Assembly (NCBI GenBank): GCA_030619905.1
Contig: JAUXAO010000002.1
Span: 129,193-193,192 of the forward strand
Source of the DNA: a bacterium
GTDB taxonomy: Bacteria > Patescibacteriota > Minisyncoccia > Minisyncoccales > CG1-02-41-26
Reading direction: 5' to 3'
DNA: 64,000 nucleotides
The notes under the pieces were generated by a model that made no database searches, was not told the origin of the DNA, and worked only from the letters and a program-made list of their open reading frames with translations. Position 1 is the first letter of the stretch; each line of letters opens with the position of its first letter. Shown piece by piece: positions 48,660-58,450 of this stretch. The position numbers and the translations under genes are program-made.

Positions 48660-50707
48660 TCTATATTCTCTTCCAGGGCTTTAATTATTCTCTGTTGAAT
48701 CTTGTCAATTTCTTTAGAAGATAAGGTCCTATCCTCGGCTTGATAGATTATGTGAAAAGCAAAGTTTTCTTTCCCTTGGGTAATTTCCTCACCTGAATAA
48801 ATATCGAAAAGATCAACATCCTGAACCAATTTCCCTCCAGCTCTATTTATCTTATTCAGAACCTCGACCACTTTCGTGCCTCGAGGAACCAAAACGGCTA
48901 AATCTCTAATCGCCATTGGCTGAGAAGATATTGGCTGATATTCATGTTCCTCAGAAACTAACTTTATTAACCTCTCGAAATTAAAATCAAAAACAAAGAC
49001 CTTTTCTTTGACTCCCAAATCTTCACTAATCTTTGGATATATCTGACCAAGAAATCCAACTTCCTGATTATCAATCTTTATCTCAGCGCACTTTTTCGGA
49101 TGCCATAAAGACAAATGAGAGTCCTCAGGAGTGGCTTTATAATCATCGTACCAGATATTGCTTATTCCCAGCTTATTGAGCAAGGAGTCCACCATACCCT
49201 TTAATTCATAAAAACCCTCATCTTTTATATCTTTTTTTGTCAGAATTCCACTTAACATCTTTCTTTCCAAAAACTCTTGTTTTTTACCTTTTGTGTTTTG
49301 TTTTCTGACGAAAGTTTTCCCCAATTCAAAAATCTTTATTTCATCAAAGTTTTTTAAGTTCTCCTTAGTATTTTTAAGTAGATTGGGAATTAAACTTGGT
49401 CTCATATATTTATTAAAAACACTCATCGGATTCAAAACCTCTAATAATTCTTCATCCTGCCAACCAAAGATTCCCTTATCTTTCTCGCCTATAAAAGAAT
49501 AATTGTAAACTTCGGAAAATCCCCTTTCTTTTAAAATATTTCTACAGTTTCTTGTCCAGAGAATCTCATCATTTCTCTCTGGTGGTATTAAAATCGTCTG
49601 AGGAAAGACAGAAGGAATGTTTTGATAGCCGAAAATCCTTCCTATTTCTTCTATTAAATCTTCCGGAATTGAAATATCCAGCCTGAATGTAGGAATTTCT
49701 ACATTTAGAATTTTCAATTTACAATTCACAATTTTCAAATCTAATGATTTTAAAATTTTTATCACTTTTTGTTTTGGTATTTTTACTCCTAACAATTTAT
49801 CAACGTAATCTAAATCAAGTTTTATTTTTTTAGAAAAAACTTTCTTTGGATATAAATCTATCATTCCCTTAGCTATTCTCCCTCCACTAATCTCTTGAAT
49901 TAAAGAAACTACTCTTTCCTGTGTGAAATCAATAAGGTTCGGATCAATTCCATTTTCAAATCGCCAGGAGGCATCAGTTCTCAATTTCATTTTCTTGGAA
50001 CCTTGACGAATAATTCTTCGATCAAAACTCGCTGCCTCAATAATTATATTCTTTGTATTGAAATCAATAGCAGTACTTTGACCTCCTTTTATGCCGGCAA
50101 TACCTATTGGTCCTTTTTCATCAGCTATTAGTAAAATATCTTTTTCTAGTTTATATGTTTTTTCATCCAGAGCTTTGATCTTTTCTCCTTTTTTTGCTCT
50201 CCTGACAATAATTTTCTTTTTAATTTTATCCAAATCAAAAGCATGAATAGGCTGTCCTGTTTCTAACATTACATAATTGGCTATATCAACAATATTATTG
50301 ATTGGCTGAAGTCCACAAACTCTCAATCTTTCTTTAATCCATTTTGGAGAAGAAGTTACTTTGACCCCTGAAATTACTTTAGCTGTATAACGAGAACAAT
50401 CTTTTTTATCTCTAATTTCCACCTTTACAAGATCTTTGGTTTTTAATTTTTTGTCTTCTTGAAATTTAAAACCTGGAATATGAAACTTATTGTTTGTCAT
50501 AGCTGCAATTTCTCTTGCTATTCCAATATAAGACAAGCAGTCACAAGCTCTATTCGGTAAGACATCTATATCCAAAATCCAGTCCTTTCCTTTTTTTTCA
50601 ATACTCTCCACTTCAAAACTATGCAGAGTTAAAATCTCAGCTAATTTCTTTGGTTCTGGTATTTTCCCTTTTAAATAATCTTTTAACCAATTGTAGGAAA
50701 TCTTCAT
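48641..50707 (-). CDS. pheT: Phenylalanyl-tRNA synthetase beta subunit
   Basis: MKISYNWLKDYL, B3/4 and B5 regions, C-terminal FDX-ACB-like domain. Adjacent to pheS. Confidence 0.93.
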   Translation of the reverse strand: MKISYNWLKDYLKGKIPEPKKLAEILTLHSFEVESIEKKGKDWILDIDVLPNRACDCLSYIGIAREIAAMTNNKFHIPGFKFQEDKKLKTKDLVKVEIRDKKDCSRYTAKVISGVKVTSSPKWIKERLRVCGLQPINNIVDIANYVMLETGQPIHAFDLDKIKKKIIVRRAKKGEKIKALDEKTYKLEKDILLIADEKGPIGIAGIKGGQSTAIDFNTKNIIIEAASFDRRIIRQGSKKMKLRTDASWRFENGIDPNLIDFTQERVVSLIQEISGGRIAKGMIDLYPKKVFSKKIKLDLDYVDKLLGVKIPKQKVIKILKSLDLKIVNCKLKILNVEIPTFRLDISIPEDLIEEIGRIFGYQNIPSVFPQTILIPPERNDEILWTRNCRNILKERGFSEVYNYSFIGEKDKGIFGWQDEELLEVLNPMSVFNKYMRPSLIPNLLKNTKENLKNFDEIKIFELGKTFVRKQNTKGKKQEFLERKMLSGILTKKDIKDEGFYELKGMVDSLLNKLGISNIWYDDYKATPEDSHLSLWHPKKCAEIKIDNQEVGFLGQIYPKISEDLGVKEKVFVFDFNFERLIKLVSEEHEYQPISSQPMAIRDLAVLVPRGTKVVEVLNKINRAGGKLVQDVDLFDIYSGEEITQGKENFAFHIIYQAEDRTLSSKEIDKIQQRIIKALEENIEWEVRK

Positions 50708-50708
50708 G

Positions 50709-51698
50709 TTAAAATTGTTTTAAAAATCTTAAGTCGCTTGAATAAAATAATCTAGTATCACTAATTTTGTATTTAAGCATTGCTAATCTATCTAAACCCA
50801 TTCCAAAAGCAAATCCCTGCCAGCTTTTAGGATTTAAACCAACTGTTTTGAAAACATTGGGGTGAACCATTCCCGCTCCCATCACCTCAAGCCAGTCCCC
50901 TTTCTCTCGACGGGCATCTATCTCAAAACTCGGTTCAGTAAAAGGAAAAAAACCTGGTCTTAGACGAATTTCAATATCGGTTTTAAAAAATCTCTTTAAA
51001 AATTCCTCTATTACGGCTCTAAAATTTGCCGCCGAGACATTTTTGTCAACTACTAATCCCTCAAGCTGATAAAATTGAATTTCGTGAGAAGCATCAGTTG
51101 CCTCATGCCTAAAAACCCTACCCGGAACGATAATTCTTAAAGGCGGCTGGTGCTTTTCCATATAACGAATCTGCACTGGTGAAGTATGGGTTCGTAATAG
51201 AAGCTTCTCTTTGAGCCAAAATGTATCCCACATATCTCTGGCTGGATGATCTTCAGGAATGTTTAAAGCATCAAAATTATACCACTCTGTTTCAACCTCG
51301 GGACCAACCACAATCGAAAATCCCATTGATTGAAAAATTTCCCCAATTTCTCTCTGAACCAAGGTTAAAGGATGTAAATGGCCAATCTTTATCTTCTTCC
51401 CCGGTCTGGTAACATCAATTCTCTCTTTTTTGAGTTGGGCTTCTCTTTTTTCTTTTTTAAATTCTTTTGATTTCTTTTTTATCATTCTATCAATCTCAAT
51501 TTTTATTAAATTTGCTTGTTTACCCAAGTCCTTTCTTTCATTCACGGGAAGTTTTTTCAAAGAATTAAAAATCAGGGTAATTTTCCCTTTTTTACCTAAA
51601 TATTTTCGAAAAATTTTATCCAAATCTTTCAGATTATCTGTTTTTTTTATCTCTTTTTCTACCACAATCTCTAAGTTTTTTAGATTAATTTTTATCAT
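50709..51698 (-). CDS. pheS: Phenylalanyl-tRNA synthetase alpha subunit
   Basis: HPARDMWDTF, GRVFRHEATDASH, FPFTEPS, GFAFGMGLDRLAML. Confidence 0.95.
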   Translation of the reverse strand: MIKINLKNLEIVVEKEIKKTDNLKDLDKIFRKYLGKKGKITLIFNSLKKLPVNERKDLGKQANLIKIEIDRMIKKKSKEFKKEKREAQLKKERIDVTRPGKKIKIGHLHPLTLVQREIGEIFQSMGFSIVVGPEVETEWYNFDALNIPEDHPARDMWDTFWLKEKLLLRTHTSPVQIRYMEKHQPPLRIIVPGRVFRHEATDASHEIQFYQLEGLVVDKNVSAANFRAVIEEFLKRFFKTDIEIRLRPGFFPFTEPSFEIDARREKGDWLEVMGAGMVHPNVFKTVGLNPKSWQGFAFGMGLDRLAMLKYKISDTRLFYSSDLRFLKQF

Positions 51699-51794
51699 AG
51701 TATACTTTATTTTAACCTAATTTTAGAGCAAAATCAATCATTTTTATCCCCAAATTTAAAGGGATGCTTTATAAGCACCCTTCACCTTTTTAAT

Positions 51795-51872
51795 TGGCGC
51801 AGCCGATCGGACTTGAACCGACAACCTTCCGCGTGACAGGCGGATGCTCTAACCAAATTGAGCTACGACTGC
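51795..51872 (-). tRNA. tRNA-Asp (GTC), CCA encoded
   Basis: GCAGTCG/CGGCTGC acceptor, anticodon loop CTGTCAC, T arm GTCGG-TTCAAGT-CCGAT, 3' GCCA. Confidence 0.9.
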
Positions 51873-51881
51873 ATTCATATA

Positions 51882-51952
51882 TACCGGGGGCGGGAATCGA
51901 ACCCACATTAACCGCTTATGAGACGGCCCTAGAAACCACTCTACTCCCCGGC
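51882..51952 (-). tRNA. tRNA with CAT anticodon (Met or Ile2)
   Basis: GCCGGGG/CCCCGGT acceptor (G1-U72), anticodon loop CTCATAA, T arm GTGGG-TTCGATT-CCCGC. Short D arm, with A at position 8 in my hand fold. Confidence 0.65.
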
Positions 51953-52029
51953 CTTATTAGAGAATCTCTATTGCCTTCAGCTAGTTCTCCAATCCAGCCA
52001 TTAATTTTTCTTCTTAATATCAAACCTTG

Positions 52030-52100
52030 TAGCGGGGACACGAATTGCACGTGTGTCTCCAGGTTATGGGCCTGGCAAGATACTACTTCTCTACCCCGCT
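52030..52100 (-). tRNA. tRNA with CAT anticodon (possible initiator-like; A1-U72, C33)
   Basis: AGCGGGG/CCCCGCT acceptor, anticodon stem CCAGG/CCTGG, loop CCCATAA, T arm ACACG-TGCAATT-CGTGT. Confidence 0.65.
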
Positions 52101-52172
52101 GTTACTTATACTATCCTAAATTCAAAAAAAATCAACCCTGTATAATAATTCGAAATTTCCCTATAGGGTTGG

Positions 52173-52724
52173 TTAAAAGGCTTCAAGGTCTTTAAATGAT
52201 TCTTCAAAGATATTAATAATTTCCTCTGCCTTTTCTTTATTTAACCTATAATTAGGATCATGAACAACATTTTGACAAATTTCATTGGCTTTTAAAAGCT
52301 CTTCTAAATTAGAAACATCATTGGAAGAAAGACGTTTCAATTTCTCGTTCAAACTCTTTTCTCCATACCCCATTTTCTTCAAGATATCGTCCAATATTTT
52401 ATCTGCCTCGATTAAAGCTAACTTATATTCGGCCTCATTATCTTTTTCTAATCTCTTTTTAATCTTCCCCCATTTTTTAGAAATCTTACTTCGGCCATAA
52501 TCTTTCCGAGATGAAGCGTCCTCTAAATCATAAATAAATAAGTGTTTCAGATAACTAGTGTTCAAAGCATAATAAATAATCGCTACGAAAAAGATTATGG
52601 AAACAATAATAAAAATTATTTTAAAAACAAAGAGCTTTCCTTGCAACTCAGGGGAAATAACTATATCAAAAACGGATTTAAAATCTTGAGTAAATTTATT
52701 TAAACCCTCATTTTCTAAATACAT
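52173..52724 (-). CDS. Hypothetical N-terminally anchored membrane protein
   Basis: TM helix LFVFKIIFIIVSIIFFVAIIYY, then a helical soluble part. Confidence 0.5.
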   Translation of the reverse strand: MYLENEGLNKFTQDFKSVFDIVISPELQGKLFVFKIIFIIVSIIFFVAIIYYALNTSYLKHLFIYDLEDASSRKDYGRSKISKKWGKIKKRLEKDNEAEYKLALIEADKILDDILKKMGYGEKSLNEKLKRLSSNDVSNLEELLKANEICQNVVHDPNYRLNKEKAEEIINIFEESFKDLEAF

Positions 52725-52727
52725 ATG

Positions 52728-54158
52728 TTAATGATTAATTACTTTTTCAAAAAAAGAACCTATTTTAAAAATTTCATCCTCTCGAAAACTCTTACCGATT
52801 ATTTGAAGACCTACTGGTAAACCTTGAATCTCTCCGCACGGCATTGATAAGGCAGGCAAACCAGCTAAATTGACTGAAACTGTAAAGATATCAGCCAGGT
52901 ACATGCTGAGAGCGCTCTTTGCCCTCTCCCCTATTTTAAAAGCAGTAAAAGGAGAAGTAGGAGTTAAAATTACATCCACTTCTTGAAAAGCTTTTTCAAA
53001 ATCCTTTCTGATTAAAGTTCTAACCTTCTGAGCTCTAAGATAATAAGAATCGTAATATCCCGATGAAAGAGCATAAGTCCCAAGCATTATTCTCCTTTTC
53101 ACCTCATCGCCAAAACCTTGTCCTCTTGTTTTTAAGTAAGAATCTAAAAGATCTGATGTTTCGTGCTTGGTATTTGATGTTCCATATCTTATTCCATCAT
53201 ATCTGGCAAGATTGGCGCTGGCTTCAGAAGCTGCAATAAGACAGTAACAAGACAAGGCATATTTAGTATGCGGCAAACTGATTTCTTTAACTTTTACCCC
53301 TTCCTTTTCTATCTTTTGAATGAATTCCTTGATAACCCTTTCTACCTTTGGATCAATGCCCTGTGTAAAATATTCTTTAGGAACGCCAATTTTAACGGTT
53401 CGCAGTTCGAGATTTGAGGTTTGAGATTTTAATTCCACACTAGTGGAATCTTTAGAATCTTTTCCTTTAATAATATCAAAAATAATCCTGGCATCTTCAA
53501 TATTTTTAGTAAGCGGACCGATTTGATCAACAGAAGAAGAAAAAGCAATTAGGCCGTATCGAGAAACTGCTCCATAGGTTGTTTTTAATCCTACTGTTCC
53601 ACATAAAGAAGCTGGCTGACGAATAGAGCCACCTGTATCTGAACCCAATGCAGCAATACACTCATTGGCTTTTACTGCCGCTGCTGAACCACCTGAACTT
53701 CCTCCAGGAACCCGGCTTAAATCTTGAGGATTGTGAGTTGTTTTAAAACCTGAGTTTTCAGTTGAAGAACCCATGGCAAATTCATCCAAATTTGTTTTTC
53801 CTAAAAATATCGCTCCCTCCTTTTTTAATTTTTTAATGCAAGTTGCATCATAAGGAGCTATATAGTTTTCCAGTATTTTTGAAGCAGCTGTACATTTTTC
53901 TCCTTCAATTAAAATATTATCTTTAACAGCCAATGGTATTCCAGCCAGCATTGATATCTTTTCACCTCGAGAAATCTGATTATCGATTTCTTTTGCCTGA
54001 GATATTGCTGAATCTTTAAAAACACTGAGAAAAGCGGCAATCTCTTTATCCATTTCATTAATCCGAGTTAAAAATGCCCTGACTAATTCAGTGGCTGATA
54101 TTTCTTTGTTAACAAGTTTCTCGTGGACTTGAGTAATTGTAAGTTCGTGAAGTTCCAT
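52728..54158 (-). CDS. gatA: Glutamyl-tRNA(Gln) amidotransferase subunit A
   Basis: Amidase signature GGSSGGSAAAVKANECIAALGSDTGGSIRQPAS. Confidence 0.95.
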   Translation of the reverse strand: MELHELTITQVHEKLVNKEISATELVRAFLTRINEMDKEIAAFLSVFKDSAISQAKEIDNQISRGEKISMLAGIPLAVKDNILIEGEKCTAASKILENYIAPYDATCIKKLKKEGAIFLGKTNLDEFAMGSSTENSGFKTTHNPQDLSRVPGGSSGGSAAAVKANECIAALGSDTGGSIRQPASLCGTVGLKTTYGAVSRYGLIAFSSSVDQIGPLTKNIEDARIIFDIIKGKDSKDSTSVELKSQTSNLELRTVKIGVPKEYFTQGIDPKVERVIKEFIQKIEKEGVKVKEISLPHTKYALSCYCLIAASEASANLARYDGIRYGTSNTKHETSDLLDSYLKTRGQGFGDEVKRRIMLGTYALSSGYYDSYYLRAQKVRTLIRKDFEKAFQEVDVILTPTSPFTAFKIGERAKSALSMYLADIFTVSVNLAGLPALSMPCGEIQGLPVGLQIIGKSFREDEIFKIGSFFEKVINH

Positions 54159-54175
54159 TTAGATTTTAATATCTA

Positions 54176-54475
54176 TTAGAGAATTGTTTTAACTTTCACA
54201 AAACCTTCTTTTGTTTCAGGCACTGAATCTAAAAGTTTTTTTACTTTTTTACTCTTTTCTACATGATCTTCCCTCATTAGATCCGAAGCAGTAATCTCTT
54301 TTAATTCTTCAGCAAAATAAAAACTAGGTTCAATCCCAGAAACATTAACTTCTTTTAATAAATTAAAGTAATCTAAAATCAAAGAAAGTTCTTTTCTCAT
54401 TTCTTCAATCTCTTTTTTTTCTAAACCCAGACGAGCCAATTTAGCAATATGTTGGACCTCTTTTTTAGATATCAT
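54176..54475 (-). CDS. gatC: Asp/Glu-tRNA amidotransferase subunit C
   Basis: ISKKEVQHIAKLARLGL. 99 aa, upstream of gatA. Confidence 0.85.
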   Translation of the reverse strand: MISKKEVQHIAKLARLGLEKKEIEEMRKELSLILDYFNLLKEVNVSGIEPSFYFAEELKEITASDLMREDHVEKSKKVKKLLDSVPETKEGFVKVKTIL

Positions 54476-54480
54476 TTTGT

Positions 54481-55533
54481 TTACTTTGGAGGCTCTTGAT
54501 ATTCTGTCCGAGTTAATACTTCTTTTAAGATATCAACGTTTTCCAAAACAATTCCTCCTCCTCTGACAACTGCTGTTAAAGGATCCTCAATAATTTTGAC
54601 CGGCATCTTTGTCTCTCTGGCTATCAGAACATCAAGCCCTCGAGTCAGCGAACCTCCACCACAAAGATAAATGCCATCTTCCATTACGTCAGCCAAAAGT
54701 TCTGGTGGTGTTTCTTCAATAGCTACTTTTATAGCTTGAATAATCTGATTTATTGACTTTTCCATTGCTTCTTGAATATCATCAGAATTAATAATAATTT
54801 CTTCTGGTAATCCGCTGACCAAATTCCTACCCCGAACTGGAGCTTCTTTTCTTTTATCAACTTGTAAAACTTGACCAATTCCTATTTTAATTTTCTCCGC
54901 TGTTCTTTCTCCAATTAGAAGCTTATATTTTTGCTCAATATATTGTACTATATCTTCATTAAGCTTATCTCCGGCAATCTTTAAGCTTTTTGAAATAACT
55001 ACCCCTCCAAGCGATATTACGGCTACTTCAGCTGTTCCACCGCCAATATCAACGATAAAATTCCCTTTAGGTTCATGAATTGGTAATCTGGCTCCTATGG
55101 CTGCTGCTACTGGTTCTTCTATTAAGAACACTTTTCTAGCTCCGGCATTTTTAGCCGCATCAGAAACCGCTTTCCTTTCCACTTCTGTTATTCCACACGG
55201 AATACCTATAATAACTCTTGGCAGATAAAAAGGAATCAACTTCTTTTTATGGGCCTTTTCAATAAAATACTTTAACATCTGCTCGGTTACCTCAAAATCA
55301 GAAACTACCCCACGGACTAAAGGTCTGATAGCTCGAATATGAGCAGGTGTTCGGCCAACCATTTTTTCAGCTTCATTCCCTATAGCTAAAATCTGGCCTG
55401 TTTTCTCATTAAGAGCTACCACTGATGGTTCATTAAGAATAATTCCCCTGCCTCGTACATAAACTAGAGAGTTTACTGTTCCTAAATCAATGGCAATATC
55501 TTCAGATATTTTAGCAAAAAATTTATTAAACAT
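54481..55533 (-). CDS. mreB: Actin-like rod-shape protein MreB (paralog 1)
   Basis: IAIDLGTVNSLVY, NEPSVVA, VDIGGGTAEVAVISLGG, LCGGGSL. Confidence 0.9.
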   Translation of the reverse strand: MFNKFFAKISEDIAIDLGTVNSLVYVRGRGIILNEPSVVALNEKTGQILAIGNEAEKMVGRTPAHIRAIRPLVRGVVSDFEVTEQMLKYFIEKAHKKKLIPFYLPRVIIGIPCGITEVERKAVSDAAKNAGARKVFLIEEPVAAAIGARLPIHEPKGNFIVDIGGGTAEVAVISLGGVVISKSLKIAGDKLNEDIVQYIEQKYKLLIGERTAEKIKIGIGQVLQVDKRKEAPVRGRNLVSGLPEEIIINSDDIQEAMEKSINQIIQAIKVAIEETPPELLADVMEDGIYLCGGGSLTRGLDVLIARETKMPVKIIEDPLTAVVRGGGIVLENVDILKEVLTRTEYQEPPK

Positions 55534-55534
55534 A

Positions 55535-56809
55535 TCAATGGATTTTTAATTGTTTTAAAAATTTATCTATTTCTTTAATCTTTACCAGCTTTGTTTTTTC
55601 TTTGTCTCTTTTTTTAAACTCAACACTGTTTTTCTCTAATGTTCTTTTACTCACGACAATTCGATAAGGTATTCCGATTAAATCAGCATCAACAAATTTC
55701 TCGCCTGGGGATTTATCTTCTCTGTCATCATATAGTAATTCAACCCCTGAATTTTGCAAATGCTTATACAATTTTTCACTGATTTGTTTAATCTTTTTAC
55801 TGATCTTTTTATCTCCACCTTCTAGAGATATTAGATGAAGTTCAAAAGGAGAAACCTGAGACGGCCAAATTATTCCTTTTTGATCATGATGGATTTCAAC
55901 TATAGCCCCCATTACACGAGAAATTCCCATACCATAGCAACCCATAACTATTGGTTTTCTTTTCCCATCTTTGTCAGTGAAAAAAGCCTTCATTGCTTTA
56001 GAGTATTTGATTCCCAAAGGAAAAATATTTCCTGCTTCAATTGATTTAGTTTGTTTAAGTATTTTCTTGCAAAGCGGACACTTATCTCCTGCTTTAAACT
56101 TACTAATTTCTTTGTTTTGGGAAAAATGAAGTTTTGGGCAGTAAATTATTTTATCCTCTCCATCTTTTGCAATAACTTGGAATTCGTGAGTGTGTTCTTT
56201 AGTAAATCCAGCTCCTGAAGCTTCCGTAATAATCGCTTTCAAATCGCATCTTTTAAAAATCTGAAAATAAGCTTTTTTCGATTTCTCATAATATTCTTTA
56301 AAATCAGATTCTGAAGAATGAAAACTATAAAGATCCTTCATTTTAAATTCTCTTCCTCTAAGTAATCCCGAGCGAGCCCTGGCTTCTTTCCTAAATTTTG
56401 TTTGAATTTGGTAAATGTAAAGTGGTAAATCTTCAAAAGATTGAACATAATTTCGAATAATGTCAGTTAACATCTCTTCATGAGTAGGACCTAACCCAAC
56501 TTTTCCATTCCCCTCGCATTTATACATCACTGATTTTCCAATCCCCTCTGACCATCTACCTGTTTCCTGCCAGAGTTTTTTTGGTTGCAAAACAGCCATT
56601 GAAATTTCCTGGCCAGAGATTTTATTCATTTCTTCTCTAACTATTTCCTCAATATTTTTTAAGACCCGTAATCCTAAAGGTAAAAAACTATAAACACCAG
56701 CCATTTCTTTATAAATAAAATCTGCTCTTTCCAATAAAATAGCATTTATACTTTTTTCATCCTTAGGAGCCTGTTTTTTTGTTTTAGTAAAAAGTTTTGA
56801 CTGACGCAT
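55535..56809 (-). CDS. proS: Prolyl-tRNA synthetase, bacterial type lacking the INS editing domain
   Basis: AGVYSFLPLGLRVL, RGREFKMKDLYSF, MGCYGMGISR. A short Cys-containing segment YCPKLH...CPLCKK sits where INS would be. Confidence 0.9.
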   Translation of the reverse strand: MRQSKLFTKTKKQAPKDEKSINAILLERADFIYKEMAGVYSFLPLGLRVLKNIEEIVREEMNKISGQEISMAVLQPKKLWQETGRWSEGIGKSVMYKCEGNGKVGLGPTHEEMLTDIIRNYVQSFEDLPLYIYQIQTKFRKEARARSGLLRGREFKMKDLYSFHSSESDFKEYYEKSKKAYFQIFKRCDLKAIITEASGAGFTKEHTHEFQVIAKDGEDKIIYCPKLHFSQNKEISKFKAGDKCPLCKKILKQTKSIEAGNIFPLGIKYSKAMKAFFTDKDGKRKPIVMGCYGMGISRVMGAIVEIHHDQKGIIWPSQVSPFELHLISLEGGDKKISKKIKQISEKLYKHLQNSGVELLYDDREDKSPGEKFVDADLIGIPYRIVVSKRTLEKNSVEFKKRDKEKTKLVKIKEIDKFLKQLKIH

Positions 56810-56819
56810 AGTTTTTATT

Positions 56820-57878
56820 TTATAACAATCCTATAATGTCTTTGATAGTCACAAAAAACATTAAGCCAAGCAGAAGAGCAAAGAATACAGTATTAATTTT
56901 TGCTTCTATTTTTTGATTAATTGCTTTACCTCTAATTTTCTCTATTCCAAGGAATAATAATTTTCCTCCGTCCAAAGCAGGAATAGGTAAAATATTAAAA
57001 ACAGCTAACCAGATTGATATCATGCTCAAAAGCATTAAAAAGTTAACAGTTCCTTGAACTAGAGCATCGCTCATGATTTTTCCTATACCAATTGGTCCAG
57101 CAAGTTTTACTCCTTTTACCTCTTCTCCCTGAAAAACATTCTTTAAAACACCACCTAAAACAACTGGGATGGCTACTGTTTGTTTTGCTGTAATTGAAAT
57201 TCCCTGCCAAGGTGCTTGATACCAAGAGTATTTTATATTAGTTACTCTCGCTAATCCAACCCCTATCGAACCTTCATCCTCAGGATAAGAAACCCGAGGA
57301 GTTAAATTAATATCAAGAGTTTCTTTTCCTCTTTCTATGGTAAGAGTAATTTCCTCTCCCTGATGAGATTTAATAAATTCCTGAAACTGGCTTATTTTAT
57401 CAAAATTCATTATTCTATCACCTGCTTTCATTCCAGCCAGCTGAGCCGGAGAATCATCAACTATCTGAACAGCCATAACTTCGATTATGCTCGTACTATC
57501 TTCCCAGTCATCAGGAATTGAAGTCGGTAATCCCCAAAAGAAAGCAATGGAGCTTAAAATAATTATGGCAACAAGCCAAAAAGAAACTACTCCGCCTATA
57601 ATAATTAAACTTCTTTGCCAGATTGGTTTTTGAGAAAAACTTTTAGAGCTTTCAATCTTTTCTTCCTCACCAGTAATTTTAACAAATGCCCCAAATGGCA
57701 AAAGATTTAAAGAATAAAGAGTTTCTCCAATCTTTTTTCCAAAAATCCTAGGTGGATAGCCAATACCAAATTCTTCAACTTCTACTCCAAACTTCTTAGC
57801 TATTAAAAAGTGACCAAGCTCGTGTAAAACTATTAGACCAATTAAGCAGAAAAAAATAATTAAAATAGTAAAAAACAT
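56820..57878 (-). CDS. rseP: Site-2 (M50) zinc metalloprotease RseP-like
   Basis: HELGHFLIAKKFG, a PDZ-like region, PIPALDGG. Confidence 0.88.
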   Translation of the reverse strand: MFFTILIIFFCLIGLIVLHELGHFLIAKKFGVEVEEFGIGYPPRIFGKKIGETLYSLNLLPFGAFVKITGEEEKIESSKSFSQKPIWQRSLIIIGGVVSFWLVAIIILSSIAFFWGLPTSIPDDWEDSTSIIEVMAVQIVDDSPAQLAGMKAGDRIMNFDKISQFQEFIKSHQGEEITLTIERGKETLDINLTPRVSYPEDEGSIGVGLARVTNIKYSWYQAPWQGISITAKQTVAIPVVLGGVLKNVFQGEEVKGVKLAGPIGIGKIMSDALVQGTVNFLMLLSMISIWLAVFNILPIPALDGGKLLFLGIEKIRGKAINQKIEAKINTVFFALLLGLMFFVTIKDIIGLL

Positions 57879-57885
57879 AATTATA

Positions 57886-58446
57886 TCAGTTTTCTATTTC
57901 TTTAGTCTTTCTCTCGGTAATTTCCGAAATTTTCTCGTTGTACTTGTCAACTAGTTTTTGAAGTTCATCTTTAGCCCGAAATTTATCATCTTCTCTAATT
58001 TCACTTTTTCTACACCCCTCTTGAACTTCTTTCCAAGCCTCTTCCCTGAAATGTCTAACTGTTTTGCGTGCATTTTCTTTTTTCTCAGCTAATATCTGAA
58101 GCAGGTTTTTTCTATATTCTTGAGAAAGAGACGGAGCCGGCAATCGGATGCTATCTTTGTCAACAACAGGGGCTATTCCCAAACTTGAACTCTGAATTGC
58201 CTGTTCAATTGGCTGAAGATAAGATTTATCCCAAGGCTGAATCAACATCTCACGAGGAGAAATTAAAGAAACAGCTGCTAATTCTTTTATTGAAAGTTGC
58301 CCCCCTTCAAATTCAACTTTAATATCCTCAACTAAAGAAGGAGAAAGAAGAGAAGTTCGGATTTTAAGCATTTCTTCTTCTAAAAAGCTTATTGCTTTTT
58401 TTAGCTCTGGTTCTGTTTTTTCAATAATTTCTTTGTAATCAGGCAT
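57886..58446 (-). CDS. frr: Ribosome recycling factor
   Basis: 186 aa. IRTSLLSPSLVEDIKVEF, LSIKELAAVS, PAPSLSQEYRKNL. Confidence 0.9.
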   Translation of the reverse strand: MPDYKEIIEKTEPELKKAISFLEEEMLKIRTSLLSPSLVEDIKVEFEGGQLSIKELAAVSLISPREMLIQPWDKSYLQPIEQAIQSSSLGIAPVVDKDSIRLPAPSLSQEYRKNLLQILAEKKENARKTVRHFREEAWKEVQEGCRKSEIREDDKFRAKDELQKLVDKYNEKISEITERKTKEIEN

Positions 58447-58450
58447 GCAT

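Noticed and set aside
51794-52195. 133-aa plus-strand ORF
   Set aside because: It runs through three minus-strand tRNA genes (Asp and two CAT), so it is a translation artefact of tRNA sequence.
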